From Firmicutes bacterium UBA4881 (GTDB lineage: Bacteria > Bacillota > DTU065), in NCBI GenBank assembly GCA_002399235.1, contig DHDH01000016.1, positions 2,101 through 66,100 on the forward strand: a stretch of DNA of 64,000 nucleotides. Direction: 5' to 3'. A program made the translations under genes and the position numbers. Below are positions 38,533 through 46,955 of this stretch, one piece after another (positions within the stretch are counted from its first letter, which is position 1; every line of letters starts with the position of its first letter). The notes beneath the pieces are model-generated. The model saw nothing but the letters and a program-made list of their open reading frames with translations. It had not been told where the DNA came from and did not search any database.

Positions 38533-38802
38533 TTATCTTTGTTTAGTATTACGAACAATTTTACGTATGCTATCGTAACTAAGATGAAATTCATCCATTA
38601 AGTCTGGAATTGATATACCTGCTCTGTACTGCCTAATAATATCATGGTTTCTTTCTTTAAGTTCGGCACGAGCTCCGTTTTTCTCACCCCAGCCTAATCG
38701 TTCTTCGTCACATTTGGGAATATATATTTCTTTACCTTGAATGTATTCTTGAACTTGCTTTAGGAGCTCAATGGGTAAAATATCTTCTGCGTTAGTATAC
38801 AT
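38533..38802 (-). CDS. Mor/CD3324-family small HTH protein (putative transcriptional activator)
   Basis: Matches the CD3324-family pattern (ILPxELLKxVQEYIQG..IYIPK....WGE..G.R..L.ERN..I...Y..G.SI..L..E..LSY.SIRKIV). Internal ATG at 38802 preferred, after RBS AAGGAGA. The ORF-track ATG start at 38856 lacks an RBS. Confidence 0.55.
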   Translation of the reverse strand: MYTNAEDILPIELLKQVQEYIQGKEIYIPKCDEERLGWGEKNGARAELKERNHDIIRQYRAGISIPDLMDEFHLSYDSIRKIVRNTKQR

Positions 38803-39210
38803 AAACGGCCAACGTCTCCTTTCGTATAGAGGCGTTGGCTCACAAGAGAACAGCATTAAAAAGAGCTGTGACTTACACGATAGTGTGAGCCAACGCTAAG
38901 GCAATATTTGGAATGTTAAATGAGTAGACACCAAACAAAAGATGAACTATCCCCAGCATCAGCGCACACCTCCTTTCGAATATTTAAACGCTAAAGGAAA
39001 TTATTTTCTAAATTGTTATCTCAATTATCCCAGAAAATTGTGTATTTAGCAAGGGAAAGATAGCTCCTAAATATCTTTCCTTTTTCGTTACATTCAAGAA
39101 ATTCACAGTACTACGCGAAGGATAGCTATTACTAAGCAAAATCATTATATAAAAACACCTTAAAGGGCAAGCTAAACCGCGAGAAATTATCTAAGGGAGT
39201 GATTTATCGG

Positions 39211-41226
39211 ATGCCAGAAGATCTAAAACCTAATCGCTTGAGTAAACAAAAGTCTCCCTATCTTCTTTTACATGCCTATAACCCGATAGACTGGTATCCA
39301 TGGGGTTTGGAAGCCTTGGAAAAAGCTAAAGTTGAAGATAAACCGATCTTTCTATCGATTGGTTATTCAACCTGTCATTGGTGCCATGTTATGAACAGAG
39401 AATCTTTCCTCGATCAAGAGGTTGCCGAGATACTGAATAAGAATTATATTGCGATTAAAGTAGATAGAGAACAACATCCTGATGTAGATCAGGTATATAT
39501 GAAAGCTTGTCAAAGACTTACAGGCACTGGCGGATGGCCTTTAAATGTCTTTCTTACTCCCGACTTAAAACCTTTCTTTGCCGGTACCTATTTCCCTAAA
39601 GACAATAGTATACGCGGTGTAGGTTTGATCTATATCTTAAAACAAATTGCAAGCCATTGGCAAAATGATCGTCAAACTCTACTTGAGGGTAGTGAAATAG
39701 TTATTAAAAGTATGAGTGATACGAGAAAACCAGGATTATTTACTTATGATTTGGTTCAAAATCATATAGATAGCTTGGTAGATAGCTATGATAATCAATA
39801 TGCTGGTTTTTTACCAGCTCCGAAATTTCCCCAATTGCATACCCTACTTTTTCTTTTGAGTTATGCAACTGAGAAAAAAGATAACTCGCTATTAACGATG
39901 GCCAACAATACCTTAACTACCCTTTTAGTTAGTGGTACTTATGATAATGTCGGGGATGGGTTATTTCGTTACGCAACAGATAGGGAGTTTAGAATACCTC
40001 ATTTTGAAAAGATGCTATATGATAACGCCTTTTTGCTTTATACCTTAGCAGAGTTCTCGGCTGCTTCTAAAAATGTACTTTATGAAGAGAAAGGTTCAGC
40101 CCTCTTTAATTATTTAGAAAGCGTTTTGAAAGATAGCCAAGGTGGTTATTTTACTGCTGAAGATGCTGATTCCAAAGAGGGAGAGGGTGCTTATTATCTC
40201 TATAGTTATTCATTATTAGAAGAGATATTAACACCAAATGAGCTAGAGTTATTAGAAAAATACTACTCAGTTTCTGCTAAGGGCAATTTTAATCAATTAA
40301 ATCATCTATATCCTAAAAATAAAGAAGCGGCAGTTCAAATTAGCCAAAATAAGGACCTACGGGCTGAATTAACTCTGGTATTTAAGAAAGTTCTGAAGTT
40401 TAGACAAGAAAAACGCGAAGCACCTTTTAAAGATACTAAAATTTTAATATTTGCAAATGGCCTTTTGTTAGCGGGACTTGCTAGAGGAGCTGTTGTTTGG
40501 AATAGCCAGGAAATGCAGATGGCTGCAATTAACTTATATCGGTTTTTGGCTAAGTATGCTCTAGACTCACCATTACCAGGAGCGTTAAAAGATCAGGTTA
40601 TCTCCGTAGGACATTTAGATGACTATGCTTATCTTGCCTGGGGTTTTATTGAGTATGGTTTAGCTTTTGGAGCTAAAGATGCTCTGCAACTAGCAACTAG
40701 TTTAGTAGAGAAAACAGACTGGCTCTTCAAAGATATGGAAGGAGGAGGCTATTATTCTGTAGCTTTTGATACAATACTTCCTCATAGGCCCCAAAGTTTT
40801 TATGATGGTGCGATTCCAGAAGGAAATTCGGTGATGAGTTTAGTTCTTTATCGCCTTTGGCAGCTTACAGGCGAAGAAAAATATACACATTCTTTAGAGA
40901 ATTTGCTAAATAGGGCTGCTGGTATGTTAAAAGAAATGGGCTTAGCACCCTTTTTAGCGATGGTTGGCAATTGGTATCTTCAATCAACCTACGAGCTCGT
41001 ACTTACAGGTAGAGGTGAATCAGTAGAAAAGATAAAAAATGCGATTCAAAGTCGATATTTAGGGGGTAACCTCTTTTGGTTATTACAAGATGAAGGTGAG
41101 GTTTTAAACCTAGAAGTCGGTAAAGATAATAATAAATTAATGCTTTATCTTTGCCAAGGGAGCATATGCCAGCAAGGTTTAGAGGGTGCTGATAAGATCG
41201 TTAAAAAAGTAGAAGAGCTGCTTTAA
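39211..41226 (+). CDS. thioredoxin-domain protein, YyaL/DUF255 family (thioredoxin fold + (alpha/alpha)6 barrel)
   Basis: N-terminal [18 protein letters not shown]...[11 protein letters not shown] motif. ATG 39211 with RBS AAGGGAG preferred over GTG 39199. Confidence 0.8.
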   Translation: MPEDLKPNRLSKQKSPYLLLHAYNPIDWYPWGLEALEKAKVEDKPIFLSIGYSTCHWCHVMNRESFLDQEVAEILNKNYIAIKVDREQHPDVDQVYMKACQRLTGTGGWPLNVFLTPDLKPFFAGTYFPKDNSIRGVGLIYILKQIASHWQNDRQTLLEGSEIVIKSMSDTRKPGLFTYDLVQNHIDSLVDSYDNQYAGFLPAPKFPQLHTLLFLLSYATEKKDNSLLTMANNTLTTLLVSGTYDNVGDGLFRYATDREFRIPHFEKMLYDNAFLLYTLAEFSAASKNVLYEEKGSALFNYLESVLKDSQGGYFTAEDADSKEGEGAYYLYSYSLLEEILTPNELELLEKYYSVSAKGNFNQLNHLYPKNKEAAVQISQNKDLRAELTLVFKKVLKFRQEKREAPFKDTKILIFANGLLLAGLARGAVVWNSQEMQMAAINLYRFLAKYALDSPLPGALKDQVISVGHLDDYAYLAWGFIEYGLAFGAKDALQLATSLVEKTDWLFKDMEGGGYYSVAFDTILPHRPQSFYDGAIPEGNSVMSLVLYRLWQLTGEEKYTHSLENLLNRAAGMLKEMGLAPFLAMVGNWYLQSTYELVLTGRGESVEKIKNAIQSRYLGGNLFWLLQDEGEVLNLEVGKDNNKLMLYLCQGSICQQGLEGADKIVKKVEELL

Positions 41227-41259
41227 AAAGCAGTCCTTGGTGATATGACTAATTGTAAG

Positions 41260-41299
41260 AAATAGCATTGAGCGATGAAGTCAATGCTATTTCTTTTTG
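41260..41299 (+). terminator. intrinsic terminator (AAATAGCATTGA...TCAATGCTATTT CTTTTTG)
   Basis: 12-bp stem plus T-run, after the thioredoxin-domain gene. Confidence 0.6.
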
Positions 41300-41689
41300 C
41301 CTAATTTGCTTAAACGAATCGCAATGAATTACTATTAATAAACCCCACCTGTATTAAACTTGCCCTCTCCTTTTAAATAACAATCAAAAAATTCTAGGCA
41401 GATCTTACTAATTAATTTGAGGCAGTCTTCGGTGTTAGTTGTTGGCTTCTGCTGGTTAAAGAAGCGTGTTTGTGGTGCTAAATCAGTTAGATCGAAATGC
41501 CCTATACCACTAATTTAGACATTAAATACATTTGCGTTCGAATTAGTAAGTAGGGCATAATTTTGAGCATATTGTAGCCAGTCGCCTAATTGGTCAAAAA
41601 GACGGTCTGAATAGACATTAAGTAGAGGTATGGGGTATTGCGCATCGATAAATATACCTTATTCATTACCAAGAAATCATAAAGACGCC

Positions 41690-41721
41690 TAAAAAAAGCA
41701 AGTCGCGAGAAGCGACTTGCG
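41690..41721 (-). terminator. intrinsic terminator for the minus-strand ferritin-like gene (GCAAGTCGC gaga GCGACTTGC, then T7 on the minus strand)
   Basis: Perfect 9-bp stem; the A7 run on the plus strand reads as a U-run on the minus strand. Confidence 0.5.
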
Positions 41722-41737
41722 ATTGGGATTATCACCA

Positions 41738-42175
41738 TTAATTTAAGAAGAGAGTTAGACGCATTGCATGTTGGCCTTCGGCTACCGAAGTTAGATAAAA
41801 TAAATCACAAACAGGCGGCTCATGATATTCTACATAATCCATGGCATATTTACGAAAGTCACCAGACTCTGCCAAAATTCTTCTTTCGACGCCTTCCTCG
41901 AAGTCTTCGATTTGTGGTTCTACCACTACCGGTTCTGGAGGGACAGTGCCTGTCAAAAGTCGGTAAAGTATTTTGAAGTTAGACGCATGCATTGCTTCAT
42001 CACGAGCAAAACCAAGAATAATTGATCGATCTTCTTCTTCTGGGGCTAATTCTGCTAACCGGTAATAATAAAGAGAGTCGTTTGTTTCATCTGTAATATA
42101 TTCTTCTAACTTAGTAAGAAGTCCGATAGTTTCGCAACGCTCATCATGTTTTCTCATGTGTTCGTTGGTCTCCAT
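41738..42175 (-). CDS. ferritin-like / rubrerythrin-like di-iron fold protein (hypothetical)
   Basis: 145-aa acidic protein with ExxH-type pairs (EAMHA, EGQHAM) suggestive of a di-metal four-helix bundle. Confidence 0.45.
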   Translation of the reverse strand: METNEHMRKHDERCETIGLLTKLEEYITDETNDSLYYYRLAELAPEEEDRSIILGFARDEAMHASNFKILYRLLTGTVPPEPVVVEPQIEDFEEGVERRILAESGDFRKYAMDYVEYHEPPVCDLFYLTSVAEGQHAMRLTLFLN

Positions 42176-42371
42176 AAAATCACCTCGTGGTTACATACTA
42201 TGCTAAAGCCTACTGTTTTTTATAGGCCCAAAGGACTGACAAATACTAATACGTGATAGCAAATTTAAAAACTAGATAAAAGGCTTGGCAAAGTTTTTTT
42301 ATCTAATATGTCAAATATATCGATTAGTTTGTTGGTAAAAGACCTCGAGAGTGGTTTTTAGTTCCCCGCAT

Positions 42372-42403
42372 AAAAAAAGAAACCGCCATGTTCGATGGCG
42401 GCA
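42372..42403 (-). terminator. intrinsic terminator for the minus-strand small secreted protein gene (CCGCCAT gttcg ATGGCGG)
   Basis: 7-bp GC-rich stem; the adjacent A7 run on the plus strand reads as a U-run on the minus strand. Confidence 0.5.
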
Positions 42404-42437
42404 TGAAAGTATAGTTACCCGATTAATGAGTAGTCTG

Positions 42438-42854
42438 TTAATTTTTAGCTTTCAGGTAAACCCGGTAATTGGTGTGTTTGCTATTTTTAGATTTAACTAC
42501 AATTTTATATTGACCTGCCCCTAACTTAATCTCATTTGATTTCTTTAAGTGGGGTCCATGGATTTCTTTAATTATTTGGTTAGACATATTATAGATTGTG
42601 ATGGTCACTTGTCCTTTAGGTGCTTTACCATCAGCAAAGAGAAGATAATAGCCTGGTTTATCAATTACAATATTTTTGGCAGTGGTGTAATCATTTGAGG
42701 CAAAAGTAATGGACCAATCAAGTAGATTTGCTCTCACAGTAACATGAACTTCATTTTTAGGTATAACCGTAGTTTTACTTGTGACAGTGACAAAAGATGA
42801 GCCAAAAAGAAGTGCTAATAGCAAGACTAAGACGACGGCAATATTTCCTTGCAA
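42438..42854 (-). CDS. small secreted/exported protein (138 aa, TTG start), hypothetical
   Basis: RBS AAGGAGG 8 nt upstream of TTG. Signal peptide (IAVVLVLLLALLFGSSFVTVTS) and a beta-rich mature part. The 204-aa ORF-track version includes 5' extension without an RBS. Confidence 0.5.
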   Translation of the reverse strand: MQGNIAVVLVLLLALLFGSSFVTVTSKTTVIPKNEVHVTVRANLLDWSITFASNDYTTAKNIVIDKPGYYLLFADGKAPKGQVTITIYNMSNQIIKEIHGPHLKKSNEIKLGAGQYKIVVKSKNSKHTNYRVYLKAKN

Positions 42855-43107
42855 CGACAAAACCTCCTTGAAAAATATTTTGGTTAGATGTTGTAAATTA
42901 AACTTTCTATATGTGGGGCCTTTATTATTAATACAAATGTTTTTTCTAGAGTTCGTGTTAAATGAACAAAGAGAAAGCTGGATTAATACGGGCACCATTT
43001 TTAGTAGTCTAACAATATTATATGTCTTTATGAATCTGGTTTGGTTACTCATAATTAAGATAACTTTATTTGCTTGATTACATATATGATAAATTGAGGT
43101 GAAAGCA

Positions 43108-43566
43108 ATGGGACGTATATTTCGAACTGTAAGAGGTTTTGAACAAATACGTTTATCAGAAGAATCGTTATCACCTAGTTTAGAAGATTATTTAGAGATG
43201 ATATTTCGCAAAACCAATTCGGAAGACGATTTACGTTTAAGTGATCTAGCTGACCAATTACATGTAAGTGCTGCTTCCGCCACAAAAAATGTTCAACGAC
43301 TAGCTAATTTAGGGTTTGTTAGTTATGAGCCATATGGCAAGATTAGGTTGACAGATTTAGGAATAAAGACTGGAGAAGTTCTTTTAACAAGACATGAGAC
43401 TTTAGAAAAGTTTTTTAAAACTTTAGGTGCAGGAGATGTAGGGTTTGAGGAAACTGAAATGATTGAACATTATTTAAGTGAAGCTACTGTAAAGAAGCTC
43501 AGAATCTTAACGGCTTTTTTGGAAAAGCAAAGCGCCGATTGGCAAAGGTTTTCCGAAAACCAGTAA
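43108..43566 (+). CDS. DtxR/MntR-family metal-dependent transcriptional regulator (two-domain, no SH3)
   Basis: Winged-HTH (LSDLADQLHVSAASATKNVQRL) plus a metal-binding dimerisation domain. RBS TGAGGTGAAAG. Confidence 0.75.
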   Translation: MGRIFRTVRGFEQIRLSEESLSPSLEDYLEMIFRKTNSEDDLRLSDLADQLHVSAASATKNVQRLANLGFVSYEPYGKIRLTDLGIKTGEVLLTRHETLEKFFKTLGAGDVGFEETEMIEHYLSEATVKKLRILTAFLEKQSADWQRFSENQ

Positions 43567-43706
43567 GGTCAGGTAGAATAACAATACGAAATCGGCGATA
43601 AGTTGCTAGTAGTATTAGACTAAGTAGAAGTTGCAGAAAATATAACTTAACAGAAAGAAAATGTGCTAAAATAACAAGCAAAAATCGTGTTAAAGGATGT
43701 GATCAG

Positions 43707-44171
43707 ATGCGACAGCTAAGACGAAGCAAATACCAAATTCCCGATAACGAGGCAGTTAGAATACTCCAAGAAGGAGAATATGGAATACTTGCAACTTGTG
43801 GTCTAGATAAAGAGCCTTATGGTACACCCATTAACTATGTTTATGATGATGGTTTTATTTATTTTCATTGTGCTAACAAGGGTAGAAAAATTGATAACCT
43901 AAAGGAAAATAACTTAGTTGGTTTTACTGTTGTAGGTAAAGCACAGATTGTGCTTAGCAAATACTCTACAAATTATGAAAGTGTTATTGTATCGGGAGAA
44001 GCGAGAATTTTATCTGATTGGGAGAAATCTAAACCTTTACTTGCATTAATTACGAAATATAGTCCAGACTTTTTGCAAGGTGCGAACGAGTATATCGAGC
44101 GATATTTAGAAAAAACTACAGTTATAGAGATAAAAATAGCTGATTTAAAAGGAAAAAGAAACCCAGGTTAA
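43707..44171 (+). CDS. pyridoxamine 5'-phosphate oxidase-like FMN-binding protein (PNPOx/NimA-like)
   Basis: 154-aa split-barrel flavin-binding fold signature (GYGILATCG...PYGTPINYVY). Confidence 0.7.
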   Translation: MRQLRRSKYQIPDNEAVRILQEGEYGILATCGLDKEPYGTPINYVYDDGFIYFHCANKGRKIDNLKENNLVGFTVVGKAQIVLSKYSTNYESVIVSGEARILSDWEKSKPLLALITKYSPDFLQGANEYIERYLEKTTVIEIKIADLKGKRNPG

Positions 44172-44197
44172 AAAAGGCCGCTCGCGGCCTTTTTATA
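44170..44197. terminator. bidirectional terminator (AAAAAGGCCGCtcGCGGCCTTTTT)
   Basis: Perfect GC stem with flanking A/T runs. Lies between convergent PNPOx (+) and feoB (-). Confidence 0.65.
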
Positions 44198-46310
44198 TAA
44201 ACAATGTTAAAAGTCTAATCCCCTGAGCAATAAATAGACAGCTTAAGATACCTACTATTGTCGGTAGAAGAAATGATAGTATAGTCCACTGCCAACTAGA
44301 GGTTTCTTTTTTTATCGTAAGCAATGTTGTACCGCAAGGAAAATGATTCAAAGAAAAGAGAAGGAAGCAAAATGCGGTTAAATTAGTCCAAGAATTATTA
44401 ATGAGCAAAGTTTTGGTTGTAGTCAGGTTTTCAAGTTCTAGTAAACTCCCTTGGGAAGTGTAAGCCATAAGGATAATTGGTAGCACAATTTCGTTAGCAG
44501 GAAAACCTAATAAGAAGGCTGCCAAAATCACTCCATCTAGACCCATTAGGTAGCCAAGAGGATGTAAAAAGGAAGAAAGTAGCTCTAGGAAGGTTTTGCC
44601 ACCAATACCAAGATTGGACATTATCCAGATCAGTGCACCTGCTGGTGCGGCTACTAAAATGGCTCTTAGCAATACATACAATGTCCTATCAATAAGAGAA
44701 CGGATTAAGATAAGGCCAATTTGAGGTTTGCGAAAAGGCGGCAGTTCAAGGGCAAATGAAGAAGGCAATCCTTGCAAGAAGGTTTTCGATAAAAACTTTG
44801 ATACTAAAAGAGAAACTAGCACGGCACCAACGATCATTAAAACTAAAAATAGGGAAGCACCAAAAGAACCAAGAAAACCTGGGCCAGAAAAAAATAACAA
44901 GGCCATGGTAATTAAAGTTGGAAAACGTCCATTGCAGGGTACAAAGTTATTAGTAAGAATAGCTATTAATCTCTCGCGTGGCGAATCGATAATACGACAC
45001 GCAACAACACCTGCAGCGTTACATCCAAACCCCATACACATAGTTAGCGATTGTTTGCCATGTGCTCCTGCAAGCCTAAATGAATTATCTAAGTTAAAGG
45101 CAATTCTTGGCAAATAGCCCCAATCTTCGAGCAGTGTAAAGAGAGGAAAAAATATAGCCATGGGTGGTAACATAACTGCGATGACCCAACTTAAAGTGCG
45201 ATAGATGCCAAAAACAAAAAGGCCTTTAATCCATTCGGGAGATTTAAGATAGGTGAGAAAATTTAGTAGTTGCCCTTCTATCCACAAGAAACCTTTGGCG
45301 AGAAGCTGCGAAGGATAGTTAGCACCAACTAGTGTAAGCCAAAATACTATACCTAAAAACAAAAGCATGAGGGGAATACCAAATATTTTCGAGGTGATAA
45401 TCCGATCAAAGTGATGGTCTCCTCTGCGAGGTTTAGAGTTTAATTTTAGAACATCTCTGGTTATTTTTTCAGCAGTGGTATAGAGAGTTAATACAATTGA
45501 TTCCCGAAATTCGCCAGCTAGACTTGGATGTTGTAACTCATTTAGTGATTTAGGATCAACAATTAAATTAGCCATAGAAAGGTATTCTTGGAGCTTGTTT
45601 GCTAAAGAATAATCGCTATCGAGGAGTCTAAGAGCTAACCAACGTTTTTGACGCTCATTAAAGGCAGTGTTGGGCAAAGAAGCTATACCTTTTAAAATAA
45701 GTTCTTCGAGAGAATCTGGATACCTAATCTGTATAGGAGAAATCGCAGGTTCAGAAGCAGTTAACAGAATTGCTTCTTTTAACTTATCTAAACCTTCTCC
45801 GTCTCTTGCGTTAGTTCCCACTACTCGAATCCCAAGGTTCTTGGCAAGTCTGTCTAAATCGATATATATACCTTTTCGTAGAGCTTCATCAAGTAGGTTT
45901 ACACAGACAACAACCGAAGGAGTTATTTCTAAAATCTGTAAAGCCAAGTGAAGGTTTCTTTCTAAGCAAGTAGCATCAACAACAACAACAGTAACATCAG
46001 GTTGATAAAAACAGAGAAAATCCCTAGCGATCTCTTCCTCTTGGGAATCAGCAAAGAGAGAATAGGTCCCTGGCAAATCAATCAGTGAAAAAGAATGATC
46101 GGCAAAGAAATATTCGCCTGCTGATAGAGCTACAGTTTTTCCTGGCCAATTTCCAGTATGTTGTTTTAGCCCAGTAAGACTGTTAAATACAGTGCTTTTA
46201 CCTGTATTGGGGTTACCGGCTAAAGCAATAACAAAATCACTTGTTTCAGGAAGAACTAAATTAGTCGATTTTAGCAGAGCTTGCCCAGTAGAACTGTTTG
46301 TTAACCCCAA
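44193..46310 (-). CDS. feoB: ferrous iron transporter FeoB
   Basis: N-terminal G-domain (GNPNTGKSTVFN, DLPG) plus a polytopic membrane domain of about 450 aa. Confidence 0.9.
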   Translation of the reverse strand: MGLTNSSTGQALLKSTNLVLPETSDFVIALAGNPNTGKSTVFNSLTGLKQHTGNWPGKTVALSAGEYFFADHSFSLIDLPGTYSLFADSQEEEIARDFLCFYQPDVTVVVVDATCLERNLHLALQILEITPSVVVCVNLLDEALRKGIYIDLDRLAKNLGIRVVGTNARDGEGLDKLKEAILLTASEPAISPIQIRYPDSLEELILKGIASLPNTAFNERQKRWLALRLLDSDYSLANKLQEYLSMANLIVDPKSLNELQHPSLAGEFRESIVLTLYTTAEKITRDVLKLNSKPRRGDHHFDRIITSKIFGIPLMLLFLGIVFWLTLVGANYPSQLLAKGFLWIEGQLLNFLTYLKSPEWIKGLFVFGIYRTLSWVIAVMLPPMAIFFPLFTLLEDWGYLPRIAFNLDNSFRLAGAHGKQSLTMCMGFGCNAAGVVACRIIDSPRERLIAILTNNFVPCNGRFPTLITMALLFFSGPGFLGSFGASLFLVLMIVGAVLVSLLVSKFLSKTFLQGLPSSFALELPPFRKPQIGLILIRSLIDRTLYVLLRAILVAAPAGALIWIMSNLGIGGKTFLELLSSFLHPLGYLMGLDGVILAAFLLGFPANEIVLPIILMAYTSQGSLLELENLTTTKTLLINNSWTNLTAFCFLLFSLNHFPCGTTLLTIKKETSSWQWTILSFLLPTIVGILSCLFIAQGIRLLTLFI

Positions 46311-46565
46311 TTAAATCACCTTCTCTTGAGAAGAGGAAAATATTTTTATACAAGCAGCATCTTCATTACGAAGAGCTATTACACAGTCGCGTATAAGATA
46401 GGCTGTGGGATTACTAAAAGGACTGCAAAAGAGTTTAGTGACATGAGTACCCCTAGTAAATCCAAGATCCCATAAACGGTGGCGTAATGGGCAATCTGAA
46501 TTTACATATGCTATAACACCAGTTTCGCCTAAAGTTACTTCGCTTAGAGGATAATAGTCGTTCAA
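46311..46565 (-). CDS. feoA: ferrous iron transport protein FeoA (TTG start)
   Basis: 84-aa SH3-like FeoA. Minus-strand RBS GGGGGGT ahead of TTG. Directly abuts feoB. Confidence 0.8.
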   Translation of the reverse strand: MNDYYPLSEVTLGETGVIAYVNSDCPLRHRLWDLGFTRGTHVTKLFCSPFSNPTAYLIRDCVIALRNEDAACIKIFSSSQEKVI

Positions 46566-46584
46566 TAGTCTACCCCCCTAAAAG

Positions 46585-46598
46585 TTAACCGCGGTTAA
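46585..46598. promoter_or_regulatory. perfect 14-bp palindrome TTAACCGCGGTTAA immediately upstream of the feoA RBS (candidate metalloregulator operator)
   Basis: Direct reading. On the minus strand it lies just downstream of a -10-like GATAAT (about 46602..46607), so it would overlap the transcription start of feoAB. Confidence 0.3.
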
Positions 46599-46955
46599 AA
46601 TTATCTTTCACTGACTAGGGTATGACTAACTACTATGATTGGTGCTTAGAACAAGTATTTTAAATAAAACATATTTCTGCTTTGTTCTAATTAGGTTTTG
46701 TTTAATATCTGGTACCTTGCTTGATCAAGTATTTTTGTTTTTTAGGCACCTATAAACATAAATTGGATTTGGCTTGTTTTCAAAAATGTAAGCTATTTAA
46801 CTTAGCTAAATAGTAAACCTGTTCTATAACAAGGATTACCTGTAATAAACGTAGAATAAAAAAACAATGCACTTGTAATACAAGCGCAGTAAAATTAGCT
46901 TAGTTTTGTTTTAAGCAGCTAGAGCAAAGCTAAGTATGTGGAGGGTAGTTTAGAT

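Noticed and set aside
41520-41545. GTTCGAAT motif that could hint at a tRNA T-loop
   Set aside because: It lacks the flanking GG...CC, an acceptor stem or anticodon arm. I could discern no cloverleaf.
42438-43052. 204-aa minus-strand ORF as listed in the track
   Set aside because: The 5' extension has no RBS and reads through non-coding-looking sequence. A TTG at 42854 with a perfect AAGGAGG gives a 138-aa signal-peptide protein. I kept the shorter CDS.
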